In this document: piece by piece, positions 27,001 through 36,541 of the stretch
Layout of the letters: each line of letters begins with the position of its first letter
Numbering within the stretch: position 1 is the first letter of the stretch
From: a virus
Strand: one strand, 5' to 3'
Virus record (IMG/VR): IMGVR_UViG_3300033273_000499
DNA length: 64,000 nt
Translations under genes and position numbers: made by a program
The notes under the pieces: model-generated
What the model saw: only the letters and a program-made list of their open reading frames with translations
The model's database searches: none
What the model was told of the DNA's origin: nothing

Positions 27001-29821
27001 GAGGTGCAGGTGCAAATGCTTCTGCTGCTTCACCTTCAATGTTGATATCTCCTCTAGTTCCCTGAACGAGTGCAACTGTTTCTGCAGCACCAGTGAAGGC
27101 AGAGAATACACCAGAACCAACATGAGATAGGGATGCAACTGGATCTGCTGCACCAGCAATAGTAAATTCTCCAGTACCAATATGTCTTGGGAGAATTTGT
27201 ACTTGACCTTCTCCAAAGACTTTGATTTGTAGGTCTCCAAGAATTGCTGGAGAATTGACAATTCCAGTCTGTGAATCGAACCTGAAGAGACCGAATGGGA
27301 AGATATTGTCGGTCTCTGTAATGAGACCATAATCGATCTTGTTGGTTGGTTGTGGGAAACTGACTGGTGCAGTGATGAACCCATAATCATCCAGACTTGG
27401 TTCACCGAACTGAGATACTATTTCATTCGCATAGGTGCTAATCTGCTCATCGAGATAATCGAAGAGGACATTGCTATTATCAATATTTGTTGCATTTTCA
27501 CGTACATAACCATAGTCATAACTATCAACTGTAACTCTGGATGATGTGTTGTAGGAGTATACAACTCTTTGATCATCAACGGTTGCATTGACATCTGCTT
27601 CTCCAATGTAACCGAATAGAGAACCAGAACCAACATAGTTCTCGACATGCTTCTCGACCGCACCACCAAGAAACTGGAACAGTACTGGTTCTGGTTTGAC
27701 AATAGAAACACGGACAATACCAGCACCAGTAAATGCAGAGAATTGACCAGAACCAACATGAGTTGCAGGTACAAATGCCTCGTCTGCACCACCTTGAACA
27801 GCAAATAGACCCTTGGATTCACTGAGTACTTCTGTAGATTCTGCTGCTCCAGTGAATGCAGAGAATTGACCAGTACCAACGTGAGATAGAGATGCGACAA
27901 TTCTCGCACTGTCTGCAATAGTAAATTCTCCACCACCAATATGGATTGGCAGTACGAAGATTCTTACTTCTCCTCTGACAAAGAAGTGTCCAGAACCAAC
28001 ATAAGATGGTCCAACCTTGACAAGAGTATCCGAATTGATATCAAAGAGACCAAATGGTAGTCTGGTCTCGTTGTCTGTAATAAATCCGTAATTTTCTTGG
28101 TTGGATGGTTTTGGGAAGCTGATTGGTAAAGTAATCAGTCCATAATCATCCAGACTTGGTTCACCGAACTGAGATACTATCTCATTTGCATAAGTTCCAA
28201 TTTCCTCATCAAGATAATCATAAAGAACATTACTGTTATCAATATTTGTTGCATTTTGATTGATGAATCCGTAGTCTTCACCAATTGGTCTAACAACAGA
28301 AGAAGAATTGTAGGAGTATACAACTCTCTGGTCATCAGTTATTGCATTGACTTCAGCATCACCAATGTATCCGAACAGTGAACCACGACCAACGTAGTTT
28401 TCAGTGTTCTTCTCAACTGCACTACCGTGGAACTTGAATAGTGTTGGGTCTGGTTTGACGATAGTAACACGACCAATTCCAGCACCAGTAAATGCAAATG
28501 CAGAACCAGAACCAATATGTGGTGCTGGAGTAATGCTTTCTGTAGCAGAACCCTCGATTGTAATATCTGTTTGCTGTGCTGCCAGACGTACAGTTGCTTC
28601 TGCAGCACCAGTAAATGCAGAGAATGTTCCTGTTGCTTTGTGGGATAGAGAAGCAACAATTCCTGCACTATCAGTAATTGTAAACTCACCACCACCAATA
28701 TGAATTGGTAGTACAAAGATTCTTGCGTCTCCTCTGACAAAGAAGTGACCAGAAGCAATGTAGTTTGGTGCATAACCAATAGTAGTTGCAGACTGAAAGT
28801 CGAATAGACCAAAAGGCAGAATAGTCTCGTTTTCGGTAATTAAACCGTAATTTAACTTTCTGTCTGGGAATCCATTTGCAACTCCGTCACCAACAAATCC
28901 ATAATTATCTGGGATTGGATCCCCAAATTCAGAGACGATTTCATTAGCATAAGTGCTAATAAGTTCATCTTGATAGTCAAAGAGGACATTACTGCCATCA
29001 ATATTGACTGGTGGTTGTGTAATGAATCCGTAATCAACACTTCCTGGTCTGACAACGGATGATGTGTTATATGAATATACGACTCTCTGGTCATCGACAG
29101 TAGATGCGCTAACAATTGCATCACCGACTGGTGTTCTTAGTCTTCCAGTGCCAACGTAGTTCTCTACGTGTTTCTCTACAGCACTGCCAGTGACTTTGAA
29201 TAGTTCTGGATCTGGTGTAACGATTGCGATTCTTCCAATCGATGCACTGTTGAATCCGAATAGTGTGCCTTCTGCCTCGTAATTTCCTCTGGAGAAAGCG
29301 TGAGAAACACCACCAGACAAGGTGATACGTACTCCCGTCTTGTCTGATGGTGATGGTCCAAATGCATTTGCAGAACCACCCAAACCAAACAGGGTTCCAG
29401 ACCCTGTTTGGAGTGGTGACTGATTCTGTATTGCTGTACCCGATACTTGATATTGTCCCTTACCAAAATGTATTGGTAGAATCTGAACAATTGCCTCACC
29501 AAAGGCAAGCATTTCGAGACCACCAACACTTACTCTTGTAAGAATAAGGTCTGCAAATTCTCTGGTAATCTTCAGTCTACCGAAAGGTCTCTCGGATAGG
29601 ACACGAGTTATACTACCGTAATTAAATATCTGCTCATTACTGGTAATTTCATCATTAATTGAACCAAAGTCATCATAATATGATACAAATTCGTTAATTA
29701 ATCCGTAATCTTCACTTTCAAAAGAAACAACAGAACTTTGGTTATACGAAAAAAGACCCCTCTCTTCAAGATCACCTGAAGAGACGGTCCTACTAGTTCC
29801 CGTATAACTAAAAACTGTCAT
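24065..29821 (-). CDS. 1918-aa repeat-built structural protein (~40-aa GSGxLFxF repeats plus ~253-aa super-repeats)
   Basis: Many xxHxGSGxLFxFxGxA/SKTE units; five YSYN...DYG...PFG modules. Confidence 0.75.
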   Translation of the reverse strand: MTVFSYTGTSRTVSSGDLEERGLFSYNQSSVVSFESEDYGLINEFVSYYDDFGSINDEITSNEQIFNYGSITRVLSERPFGRLKITREFADLILTRVSVGGLEMLAFGEAIVQILPIHFGKGQYQVSGTAIQNQSPLQTGSGTLFGLGGSANAFGPSPSDKTGVRITLSGGVSHAFSRGNYEAEGTLFGFNSASIGRIAIVTPDPELFKVTGSAVEKHVENYVGTGRLRTPVGDAIVSASTVDDQRVVYSYNTSSVVRPGSVDYGFITQPPVNIDGSNVLFDYQDELISTYANEIVSEFGDPIPDNYGFVGDGVANGFPDRKLNYGLITENETILPFGLFDFQSATTIGYAPNYIASGHFFVRGDARIFVLPIHIGGGEFTITDSAGIVASLSHKATGTFSAFTGAAEATVRLAAQQTDITIEGSATESITPAPHIGSGSAFAFTGAGIGRVTIVKPDPTLFKFHGSAVEKNTENYVGRGSLFGYIGDAEVNAITDDQRVVYSYNSSSVVRPIGEDYGFINQNATNIDNSNVLYDYLDEEIGTYANEIVSQFGEPSLDDYGLITLPISFPKPSNQENYGFITDNETRLPFGLFDINSDTLVKVGPSYVGSGHFFVRGEVRIFVLPIHIGGGEFTIADSARIVASLSHVGTGQFSAFTGAAESTEVLSESKGLFAVQGGADEAFVPATHVGSGQFSAFTGAGIVRVSIVKPEPVLFQFLGGAVEKHVENYVGSGSLFGYIGEADVNATVDDQRVVYSYNTSSRVTVDSYDYGYVRENATNIDNSNVLFDYLDEQISTYANEIVSQFGEPSLDDYGFITAPVSFPQPTNKIDYGLITETDNIFPFGLFRFDSQTGIVNSPAILGDLQIKVFGEGQVQILPRHIGTGEFTIAGAADPVASLSHVGSGVFSAFTGAAETVALVQGTRGDINIEGEAAEAFAPAPHIGSGTLFAFEGSANAYSARPESDGLFKFHGSAGIRKVAIQVGSGSLFGYIGNADVDAVFADERVVYSYNDSARVGLESEDYGFINELPANTELDATIADYANVPISTYANEIASEFGRVPNDYGFVQLPTNFAQQRDDYGLITDNETRLPFGGIKFSTKEDDSALVLITANFNGSGRATLASGAGDVRIFGYAGSGGFQVGTRGPGDTAQIRFSLRVLETGGTLFGIIGGTESATPAPEIGGGIFRFNGTATERHTESYVGNGTFRLGLSSPGVIGDGSRGITTFHLGHIGSGTVADLNGTAQTPRARDFVGSGSLFAFTGAAESSTKVEEKTSLFKFTGTAQTPRARDFVGSGSLFTFVSKTETTSTAEFSTGLFKVTGNAVLRATNSYVGTGLFSAFTGAAEVFSATPPISGLFRVGGSAAEAIVPAPEIGTGSLFTFVSKTETFSAAEKPPGTLFKTGGAAAIGFSLTEIGGGTFNLRRKKLGLDAAEKPRYISGIERQTFSTATEGGLFRVAGKVKLFFTYFDTGGGELTLAGQARTQTRPIHVGFGKLTLAGRAETPRTREFIGSGSAFGFIGGVTVAASRPPVTGTLFRFQGAGVEKNTEAYKGSAEIKTTGKAFLNFSLGHIGSGHFLAQGSGAEARTRSYEGSGTLFGISGTTESRLLDTIDKTTLFRFAGAGSQRSTRQQIGSGGLFAFVSKTEIRVASPESDGLFKISGTAGERSTNKYNGTGTLKFNTKDTFTDVNGKTLFVSAEERTTSIPPTTGTVFSFKGSAKTDPVRNYPGRGALFGFGGGAERVAFVPKATALFDFVGTAGEKRTAAHAGSGSLFTFVSKTESTVINSAASGVFRFVGSADVSRSPAPHVGSGSLFAFVSKTETVTFSPPSDNLFLIRGSAEVSKTNAFDGSGSVFTFVSTTAARIVPYQTQQGLFRLIGLSKESFVRTGYIGASTTRANGASTDSYIEFRAPKPTRIYII
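24366..26102. repeat. ~120-bp-period intragenic repeats with identical DNA blocks
   Basis: 31-nt identity gtcttgctgacgaatgtgaagagagaaccag at 24489-24519 and 25668-25698; agtctcttgctcttggtgtttgagcagtacca at 25951 and near 26072. Confidence 0.8.
26790..29090. repeat. ~756-759-bp tandem intragenic super-repeats
   Basis: VVYSYN modules near 29070, 28315, 27555 and 26800; a 41-nt identical block at 27381-27421 and 28140-28180 (period 759). Confidence 0.85.
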
Positions 29822-29827
29822 ACTTTA

Positions 29828-31753
29828 TTACTTTATCTCAATAGAAACCGAATCTAAAGTTACGTTCTCTATTTTTGGTACTACGTCGTTTGCGTATGGA
29901 TTATATAATATTCTCCTGGGTGCTCCCCTCAAGTTGAAACTTTCTGTCCAATAGTTGAACTGATTTGGGTCTTGACGCCAATCAAACCACTTTGCATTGT
30001 CTGGTTCGACTACAGATCCATATCGATTCAACCAATTTTTAACTTCTTTAGAAGTTGCAGTTGGATTAGTTTGTAAATATAAAGCAATAACACCAGTGAC
30101 TACTGGAGCAGCAGCACTTGTTCCGTTGAAGTATTTATCATAGAAACGAGTATCGTCTTGACGTTGAAAATCCTGGTCACCACTTACACCATTAGCACCT
30201 GCAGAGAGTGTTTCATCTGCTGGTGCCCATACATCAATACCTGGACCATTGTTTGAGTATGATGCTTTACTCTCTGCATATGCTCCGTTTCTTCCAATAT
30301 AATCATCCATTGCACCAACACAGATGACTGGATGGAAATCTTCCACTTCATCATATCCAATTCCCTGAGGATTCATCCAATTTCTATGACTTGTTGGACA
30401 TAAACTTCCAGTACCAAATCTTGGATCACCAACATTAAAGTATCTGTCCTCCATACAATCACCAAGGTGTGGACTGGTCAGTCCAATACCCAAGTATTGA
30501 TTATTATTTCCTGCAGCAGCAACATAAATTACACCTGCATCCATCATCTCATCGGCTGCCAAATCAGTAGAACTACTTCTTGCAGAAGATGACCATGATT
30601 TATATGCACCTATGACTTGATTATTAAATCCATTTTTCCATGCAGTTACTTCATCAGTAGTTGATGCTGTTGCATTAATGGTTCCACTACTTCCCTTAAA
30701 TGTAAATCCAATTCCAGTATGAGTAGAACGAAATGCTGCCTGATATCCCCAACTTCCATTAACAATAGTGGGATTTTTTACACCTGTTTCTGAATTTACT
30801 GGTTTATATTGATGCCATATTTTAATTAACTCATAATTTGTAACAATAGAAAGTCCAACAGCATCACTGATGCCTGGCATATTCCAAATCAATGACTCAG
30901 TAGCAGTACCAAAGTTTTTCCCTCCTGCAAGTGCAGCACACCCAGTGCCATGACCACTATTTAAAGCATTTGTACCATCAAGTGAGTTGCCAACCGATCT
31001 TGCTTCTGTATATGATGAAAAACTAGTACTACTAATTGTGGGTGCAGTTGAGAATCCAGCAGACCTACTTCCAGTGAATCTCCACCAATTTATAGCAGAT
31101 GCTGTAGTAATTCCTGTTCTTCCATCAAATTTAGTATAAGTATGACCATTTGCTTCAAAATAATCTGGGTCAATGTGATATGGACCGTCCAAAACGATGT
31201 CTCTTACTCTAGAACGTCCATTAGAATCCATAAACTCTGGATGATATTGCAATACACCAGAATCATGAATAACAATATCTACATTCTTCCCAGTTAAACT
31301 GTAAGAAGCATTGCCCAACTGTGCAGGAACTGTTCCATTAGTTGTCTGAGTCCAAAAGTCTTGGTTATCTTTAATTGTTGTTCTAACTACTGCCCAATTT
31401 GTTCTATTTAATTCATTAGAATTAGCTAGAGCTGGTGGGTCATTATTACTATCTAAACTTCTATAAACCTTTACATCACTATCAAATCTTTTAATAAAAA
31501 GACTTGGTTCTGGATAACTATCTCTATTGTCCTCGGGAGACAATTCAATCCACTTAACATGAGGATGAGCACCAATCTCTGCTGCTTCTTCCTCTGTTAA
31601 TTCATATGTTCCCCTTGTGGGACTATGGTCTTTTGAATCTGTGCAGGTTACTTGTCTATCTGGAATTCCATCTTGATTTGAGTCTACAATGAGAGCATCA
31701 TGAATTTCACTCCAGTACTCTGGACTAGTAACTGCTAAAGTATACCTTTTCAT
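29828..31753 (-). CDS. Subtilisin-like S8 serine protease with N-terminal propeptide-like region
   Basis: Catalytic D (VIHDSGV), H (SGHGTGCAALAGG), oxyanion N (AAAGNN), S (FNGTSAAAPVVTG); DVWAPA motif. Confidence 0.88.
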   Translation of the reverse strand: MKRYTLAVTSPEYWSEIHDALIVDSNQDGIPDRQVTCTDSKDHSPTRGTYELTEEEAAEIGAHPHVKWIELSPEDNRDSYPEPSLFIKRFDSDVKVYRSLDSNNDPPALANSNELNRTNWAVVRTTIKDNQDFWTQTTNGTVPAQLGNASYSLTGKNVDIVIHDSGVLQYHPEFMDSNGRSRVRDIVLDGPYHIDPDYFEANGHTYTKFDGRTGITTASAINWWRFTGSRSAGFSTAPTISSTSFSSYTEARSVGNSLDGTNALNSGHGTGCAALAGGKNFGTATESLIWNMPGISDAVGLSIVTNYELIKIWHQYKPVNSETGVKNPTIVNGSWGYQAAFRSTHTGIGFTFKGSSGTINATASTTDEVTAWKNGFNNQVIGAYKSWSSSARSSSTDLAADEMMDAGVIYVAAAGNNNQYLGIGLTSPHLGDCMEDRYFNVGDPRFGTGSLCPTSHRNWMNPQGIGYDEVEDFHPVICVGAMDDYIGRNGAYAESKASYSNNGPGIDVWAPADETLSAGANGVSGDQDFQRQDDTRFYDKYFNGTSAAAPVVTGVIALYLQTNPTATSKEVKNWLNRYGSVVEPDNAKWFDWRQDPNQFNYWTESFNLRGAPRRILYNPYANDVVPKIENVTLDSVSIEIK

Positions 31754-31767
31754 GCTCTACTCCTAAA

Positions 31768-33951
31768 TCAAACTGCTACGGTGCTCAATACTCCTGAGTC
31801 ATCTACGACTAATCTGTATTGTGTTCCATTTGGTGAAGTTAAAACCAATCCACTTGAGGTGTTAACCCCAACAATTGCATCTCTTCCAACAGTAATATCT
31901 GTACTGATTGCAACATTTACTGCATTAATATTAAGATTATTTGGTGAATCAATAGTTGGTGTTCCAGCACTAGAACTTTCAAATCTAGTTGCAGTAACAA
32001 CTCCAGTGACAGCAACATCACCAACAACATCTAATTTTGCGGCAGGAAGTGTAGAACCAATACCAACATTGTATTGGGAGTTTCCATAGAACCATGCAGT
32101 ATTTCCTGCACCAATAACTAGTTGCTGAGTTCCATCTGGTAATACACCAAGAGTAGTTTCCTCATCACCTGCAATAATTACAACGTTATCTGAACCACTG
32201 GTAATTTCTTTACCAGCATAATTACCAATAACAATGTTTCCTGCAGCTTCTTCTGCAATGAATAGTGCTTCTCTACCTATTGCAATGTTATAGTTTCCAC
32301 TGGTATTTGTTGTTCCGTACAGTGCTCTGTAACCAATACCAATATTGAAATCACTAACAGCACCATCACGGTATAGTGATTCATATCCGATAGCAATGTT
32401 ATATCCACCATTTCCATCATGGTCATACAGTGAGTTCCAACCAATACCAATGTTGAAATCTCCTTTACATTCATATCCAGCACCACTTCCGAGAAGGACT
32501 TGACCACGGGAGTTACCAGACTGATATCCTGTGAAATATCCAATTGCTACGTTATAATCATTCTCGTATTGAGAACCAGCATAATAACCAATTAAAGTAT
32601 TATAGTCTCCACCATCAGAGTCGTACCCTGTTCTATATCCTAGAAGTACGTTACCTTGCTGTGCATCATTTAGTTCATATCCAGCTTCATGTCCGACAGC
32701 AACATTATTTGAACCAGCACCAATATTAAATAATGAGTTATATCCAATAGCAATATTTCCGTCACCACTAGAAATATTATAAAGTGCCTGATTTCCAACA
32801 CCTACGTTGTAATCGGCACCAGATATAAGAGCACCTCCCATGACAGAATTGCCAAGTGCGGTGTTATAGTTGCCAGTATTTAATCTTGAAAGTGTAAATG
32901 AACCTAATGAGGTGTTATAACTACCATTTATGGCATACAGTTCTGCTGAATGTGCACCAACAAATGTATTATAATTTCCTAGATTTAATTTTGCTGCTGT
33001 ATTTCTTCCAATTGCAATATTAAATTGTCCATTATTTTGAAGAGTTGAGTCTGCAGCAACATTATTTCCAACAAAAATGTTATATCCACCAGATTGAAGA
33101 TATCCAGCTCTATATCCAATAGCAATTACATAATCACCAGATGCGTTACCACCAGAAGCAGATGCACCAATTGCTACACTTCCAGAAGACGTTGTAGCAC
33201 TGTCAAAAGCATCCTTACCTACTGCTACGTTGTCATAACCAGTTGTGCCTTCTTTTAGGGCATTCTTACCAATAGCAACGTTTCCGTACAATCCACTTGC
33301 ACTGCTACTAGAAAGAACTGAACAACCGATACCAATATTGTAGTCAGAATTTGATGCTAGACTTGAACCAGCATCATCACCAATTAGAACGTTTCCTGCG
33401 GAACCAGAAATATTTGCAGCAGCACGGAGACCAGCAATAAAACTAGTAACGTCACCTAGAGTAGTTTCAAGTCTAGATGCAGTAATGATACCAGTAAATA
33501 CACCATTCCCAGATACAACCAATTTCTGAGTTGGCATGGTGTTACCAATACCTACATTGGCAATGGTGTTGATACCAGCACTGGTTGTTTCCCAAACACC
33601 ATCCTGTCCAGTACCACCTCCACCACCAGAAGAATTGATGGTATATACACCAGCATTATTGGATACAGTTACATTCTGTCCACCAATAATAGAAGTGACG
33701 ACTCCAGTAAGTGTGGAACCATCTCCAGTATATGAAGTTGCACTGACCACTCCCACACCAATATCAGGAGCACCAGTTAATCCTTCAGCAACTGTTGCAA
33801 TTCCTGCTGTTTGAGCAAAAGTTGCAATTCCTGCTGTCTGTGCAAAAGCAACACTAGAATTTAATGCAGAATCTACATCAGCAGATATTGCATTAATTAC
33901 CTGTCTTTGCTGCTCAAATGTAGAGTTTACACCAACTACTCTAATTGCCAT
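31768..33951 (-). CDS. Tail-fibre-like protein with YadA/Hep-Hag-like N(I/V)A(I/V)G repeats
   Basis: About 23 repeats such as NIAIG, NVAVG, NTALG at 13-16-aa spacing; N-terminal STFEQQRQVIN; C-terminal LTSPNGTQYRLVVDDSG.LST. Confidence 0.75.
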   Translation of the reverse strand: MAIRVVGVNSTFEQQRQVINAISADVDSALNSSVAFAQTAGIATFAQTAGIATVAEGLTGAPDIGVGVVSATSYTGDGSTLTGVVTSIIGGQNVTVSNNAGVYTINSSGGGGGTGQDGVWETTSAGINTIANVGIGNTMPTQKLVVSGNGVFTGIITASRLETTLGDVTSFIAGLRAAANISGSAGNVLIGDDAGSSLASNSDYNIGIGCSVLSSSSASGLYGNVAIGKNALKEGTTGYDNVAVGKDAFDSATTSSGSVAIGASASGGNASGDYVIAIGYRAGYLQSGGYNIFVGNNVAADSTLQNNGQFNIAIGRNTAAKLNLGNYNTFVGAHSAELYAINGSYNTSLGSFTLSRLNTGNYNTALGNSVMGGALISGADYNVGVGNQALYNISSGDGNIAIGYNSLFNIGAGSNNVAVGHEAGYELNDAQQGNVLLGYRTGYDSDGGDYNTLIGYYAGSQYENDYNVAIGYFTGYQSGNSRGQVLLGSGAGYECKGDFNIGIGWNSLYDHDGNGGYNIAIGYESLYRDGAVSDFNIGIGYRALYGTTNTSGNYNIAIGREALFIAEEAAGNIVIGNYAGKEITSGSDNVVIIAGDEETTLGVLPDGTQQLVIGAGNTAWFYGNSQYNVGIGSTLPAAKLDVVGDVAVTGVVTATRFESSSAGTPTIDSPNNLNINAVNVAISTDITVGRDAIVGVNTSSGLVLTSPNGTQYRLVVDDSGVLSTVAV
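33794..33847. repeat. 27-bp tandem repeat (FAQTAGIAT x2)
   Basis: gttgcaattcctgctgt at 33794 and 33821. Confidence 0.8.
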
Positions 33952-33965
33952 TTATACCCCTCATT

Positions 33966-34010
33966 AAAAAAGAGAAAAAATAAGGAGGGATGGGTTCTCC
34001 CAATCCCTCC
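33966..34010 (-). terminator. Rho-independent terminator
   Basis: Minus strand ggagggattggg-agaa-cccatccctcc (11 bp, one bulge) followed by ttattttttctctttttt. Confidence 0.8.
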
Positions 34011-34039
34011 ATAACGAAACAATGAAACCAAAAAAGTAA

Positions 34040-35419
34040 TCAGTCGAGGCTGATATTTAGTGTGACTTTAATTTGGTCACCGTTGTTTTGAATGTTGTAT
34101 GGACCGTTTGTGAATCTCTCAGCAAACATGATGCTGCTGTAAAGAGTTGCACTTCCGACACCCGCAAGAGCAGGAGTTGTTGTGAATGTATTTGCGTCTA
34201 CTGATTCAAATATAGTGTAGGTGGAAGATTCGGTAACGGTATTACCTGTTCCTGCTGCGATGTAGATTACATCACCCTTATTTAGACTGTGGTTTGTAGC
34301 AGTTACTTCACTGAAGTTGAAGTATACTGTGTCACCCGTTGCAGCCTGGATGTTGTTTACTAGGTCAGTGCTTAGATAAACAATTCTATTGATTTCGTCG
34401 AAACCAGTTACTTTGGTTCCAGCAGCAATACCATTAACCTCACCAGGTAGATTGCCGTGAGTTACTGCCATACCAACAGTGATGTTCTCACCAACATTCT
34501 CTGTGAATGTAACAACACCAGAAACTGTTCCAGTTGTTGCTTTGTCTAGGTAAATTCTGTTTGTACCTGCAGTACCAACAACTCTCGTTTCTGATGGAAT
34601 GTTTGTACCAGCAACTCTCTGGTTGGTGGTGATTCCACTTGCATCAGTAACGTCAACGATGAAGAATCCAGTTGAACCTACACCAGTTGGTTCATACTTC
34701 TTGTCGAAGAGAGTTACATAGTTCTGACCGATAGTACCAGTGGTTTGAGTCTTACCAACTGCAACACCTTCAGAAACTGAAGCAGCATCAACAACACCAA
34801 CCAGTTCAACTGGCATGTTGTTTGCTCTTACTAGGTAATAACCATACTGGTTATTAGCAGCAGAGGTGAAAGTGAAGGTTTGCTCTGGATATGATGCGGT
34901 TGTTGTTCCTGCACCAAACTCAATATTCTGGTTGAGGAATGTTCCAGTGTTAGGGACTGTAAGAACAATGGTGTTACCATCAATAGCAGCAACAGTTGCC
35001 TTGGAACCAACACCACCACCAGTTACATAGTGACCAACTGCAATGTTGGTTGTGGAAGAAACGGTGATTGTGTACTCGTTAACAGTACCAGATCCAGTTG
35101 TGGTAACGATAGCATTTGTAATCGTTCTTACATTCCAAAGGTTTCCATTAAGGAGGATACCATATGCGTTGGAATAATCCTGGTCGAATCTATTATTAAC
35201 TACTTCTGGGTAACCATTTGATGGCTCGGTGCCGTAACCTACGTTACCAGTTGCATCGAATGGTTCGTAGTACTTATTATCTGCAGGAACATCAGACTCA
35301 CTTGGTTCTGTGTCACTAGAATATAGTTTAAGAATGAGATTTCTTGGAATCTCATGATCACTGTTGACAAGATATCTTAAGGATTGAAGTTCGCCACAAT
35401 CTGGTACTAATAGTGCCAT
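34040..35419 (-). CDS. Virion structural protein
   Basis: MALLVPDCGELQSLRYLVN...LILKLY..D..P; YPEQTFTFT.A....YGYY; FAERF.NGPYNIQNNGDQIKVTLNISL, a pattern typical of cyanomyovirus structural genes. Confidence 0.65.
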   Translation of the reverse strand: MALLVPDCGELQSLRYLVNSDHEIPRNLILKLYSSDTEPSESDVPADNKYYEPFDATGNVGYGTEPSNGYPEVVNNRFDQDYSNAYGILLNGNLWNVRTITNAIVTTTGSGTVNEYTITVSSTTNIAVGHYVTGGGVGSKATVAAIDGNTIVLTVPNTGTFLNQNIEFGAGTTTASYPEQTFTFTSAANNQYGYYLVRANNMPVELVGVVDAASVSEGVAVGKTQTTGTIGQNYVTLFDKKYEPTGVGSTGFFIVDVTDASGITTNQRVAGTNIPSETRVVGTAGTNRIYLDKATTGTVSGVVTFTENVGENITVGMAVTHGNLPGEVNGIAAGTKVTGFDEINRIVYLSTDLVNNIQAATGDTVYFNFSEVTATNHSLNKGDVIYIAAGTGNTVTESSTYTIFESVDANTFTTTPALAGVGSATLYSSIMFAERFTNGPYNIQNNGDQIKVTLNISLD

Positions 35420-35473
35420 TGATAAAGTCTCCTAACTACGTAATTTGAACGTTTATTAAATGCTTTCTAAACC

Positions 35474-35481
35474 TATTTATA
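35474..35481 (-). promoter_or_regulatory. T4 late promoter consensus TATAAATA
   Basis: Plus-strand tatttata in the intergenic region upstream of 35419. Confidence 0.75.
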
Positions 35482-35486
35482 GTAAA

Positions 35487-36194
35487 TCAAATCTTTATTT
35501 TGAGGAATACTGAGCATCTCTGTATTCCAGTACAACTCAAAGCACTGAATCTAAGAACGTCACCTACATCAAGTTCTTTTGACCAAGTTGTAAGATTATC
35601 GTCTTTATTCTTGTTTTGATTTAGTAAAACAGGATATTCACTCCCAACAATTGAAATAAAATTATTTGGGAAGTCGGCAAATGTTGCCTTTTCTATATTT
35701 ATAGCTATATTTCCTGTCTGCTCTGACAGGACTCTCCACTCTTCTATTGTTCCAGTGACATCTAGTGTCAATAGTCCGTAATCACCTGGGGTAATATCAA
35801 TAGAACCATTATCAATTAAGAAAACAACAGTTCTTGTTAAATCTGCTGTTGTTTGTAATGCAACACCAGAAAACTCAGAAGCTGCTGCTGGTGCATCTGC
35901 AAATTCTATGCTACTTCCAGAGACCTGATAATCAATACCAGGACGAAGTTGCAATCCATTCACCGATATAACAAGTTGCTGCTCATTGTTTGGTGTATAT
36001 GGTTGCCCATTTACAAGAAGGTCAAATACAGTCCTTACTCCATCAAATAAACTTGAAAAATCATCAATGATTAAGTTTGTATATTGGACACTTCTAAGAG
36101 GTGCCTCATAATTTACACCTACATTATACTTATCTTCACCCTGAAGATTTACATTAAAATTTGGAGATGATACTGTTACATCATAGTTTGTCAT
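35487..36194 (-). CDS. Virion structural protein
   Basis: IIDDFSSLFDG...F.L..NG...VNG..L.PG.DY..SGS.I.F..AP module also seen in the gp7-like ORFs. Confidence 0.65.
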   Translation of the reverse strand: MTNYDVTVSSPNFNVNLQGEDKYNVGVNYEAPLRSVQYTNLIIDDFSSLFDGVRTVFDLLVNGQPYTPNNEQQLVISVNGLQLRPGIDYQVSGSSIEFADAPAAASEFSGVALQTTADLTRTVVFLIDNGSIDITPGDYGLLTLDVTGTIEEWRVLSEQTGNIAINIEKATFADFPNNFISIVGSEYPVLLNQNKNKDDNLTTWSKELDVGDVLRFSALSCTGIQRCSVFLKIKI

Positions 36195-36526
36195 AGACTG
36201 ACTCCAGGAGTAACAAGAACACTACCCTGAACTACTCTCAAGGTTGTATCTGTTGGTGATGTTATCATAACATCGTAAACATATCTACCACCAGTCAAAT
36301 CAGTAGTTGATGTTTTTGCCATTGAAACCATAACTTTACCCTCTACTCTATTGGGAAAAGAAATAGTGAAAGGGTAAGATGTAGATGATGTTGGATGCTT
36401 TTTAATTACACTTTTTGCCGTATAATTTGTCAAATTGAGCTTTGACCCATTTTCATTGTAAATGGTAAAAGTGCTCTGAAAATCAGCACCTTGCTCCAAT
36501 ACTAAATTGATTATCTTAGCAGACAT
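36191..36526 (-). CDS. Small baseplate/adaptor-like Ig-fold protein
   Basis: LEQGADFQSTF...NLTNYTA...K...G.V.VS...T...L..GRYVYDV.I...RVVQG.V.VTPGV. Confidence 0.65.
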   Translation of the reverse strand: MSAKIINLVLEQGADFQSTFTIYNENGSKLNLTNYTAKSVIKKHPTSSTSYPFTISFPNRVEGKVMVSMAKTSTTDLTGGRYVYDVMITSPTDTTLRVVQGSVLVTPGVSL

Positions 36527-36541
36527 TGCAGGTGTTTACTT

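Noticed and set aside
24366-29090. CRISPR-like array from recurring 30-40-nt identical blocks
   Set aside because: The blocks are in-frame parts of a coding repeat, their spacing is a multiple of 3, the intervening sequences are homologous, and there are no cas genes.
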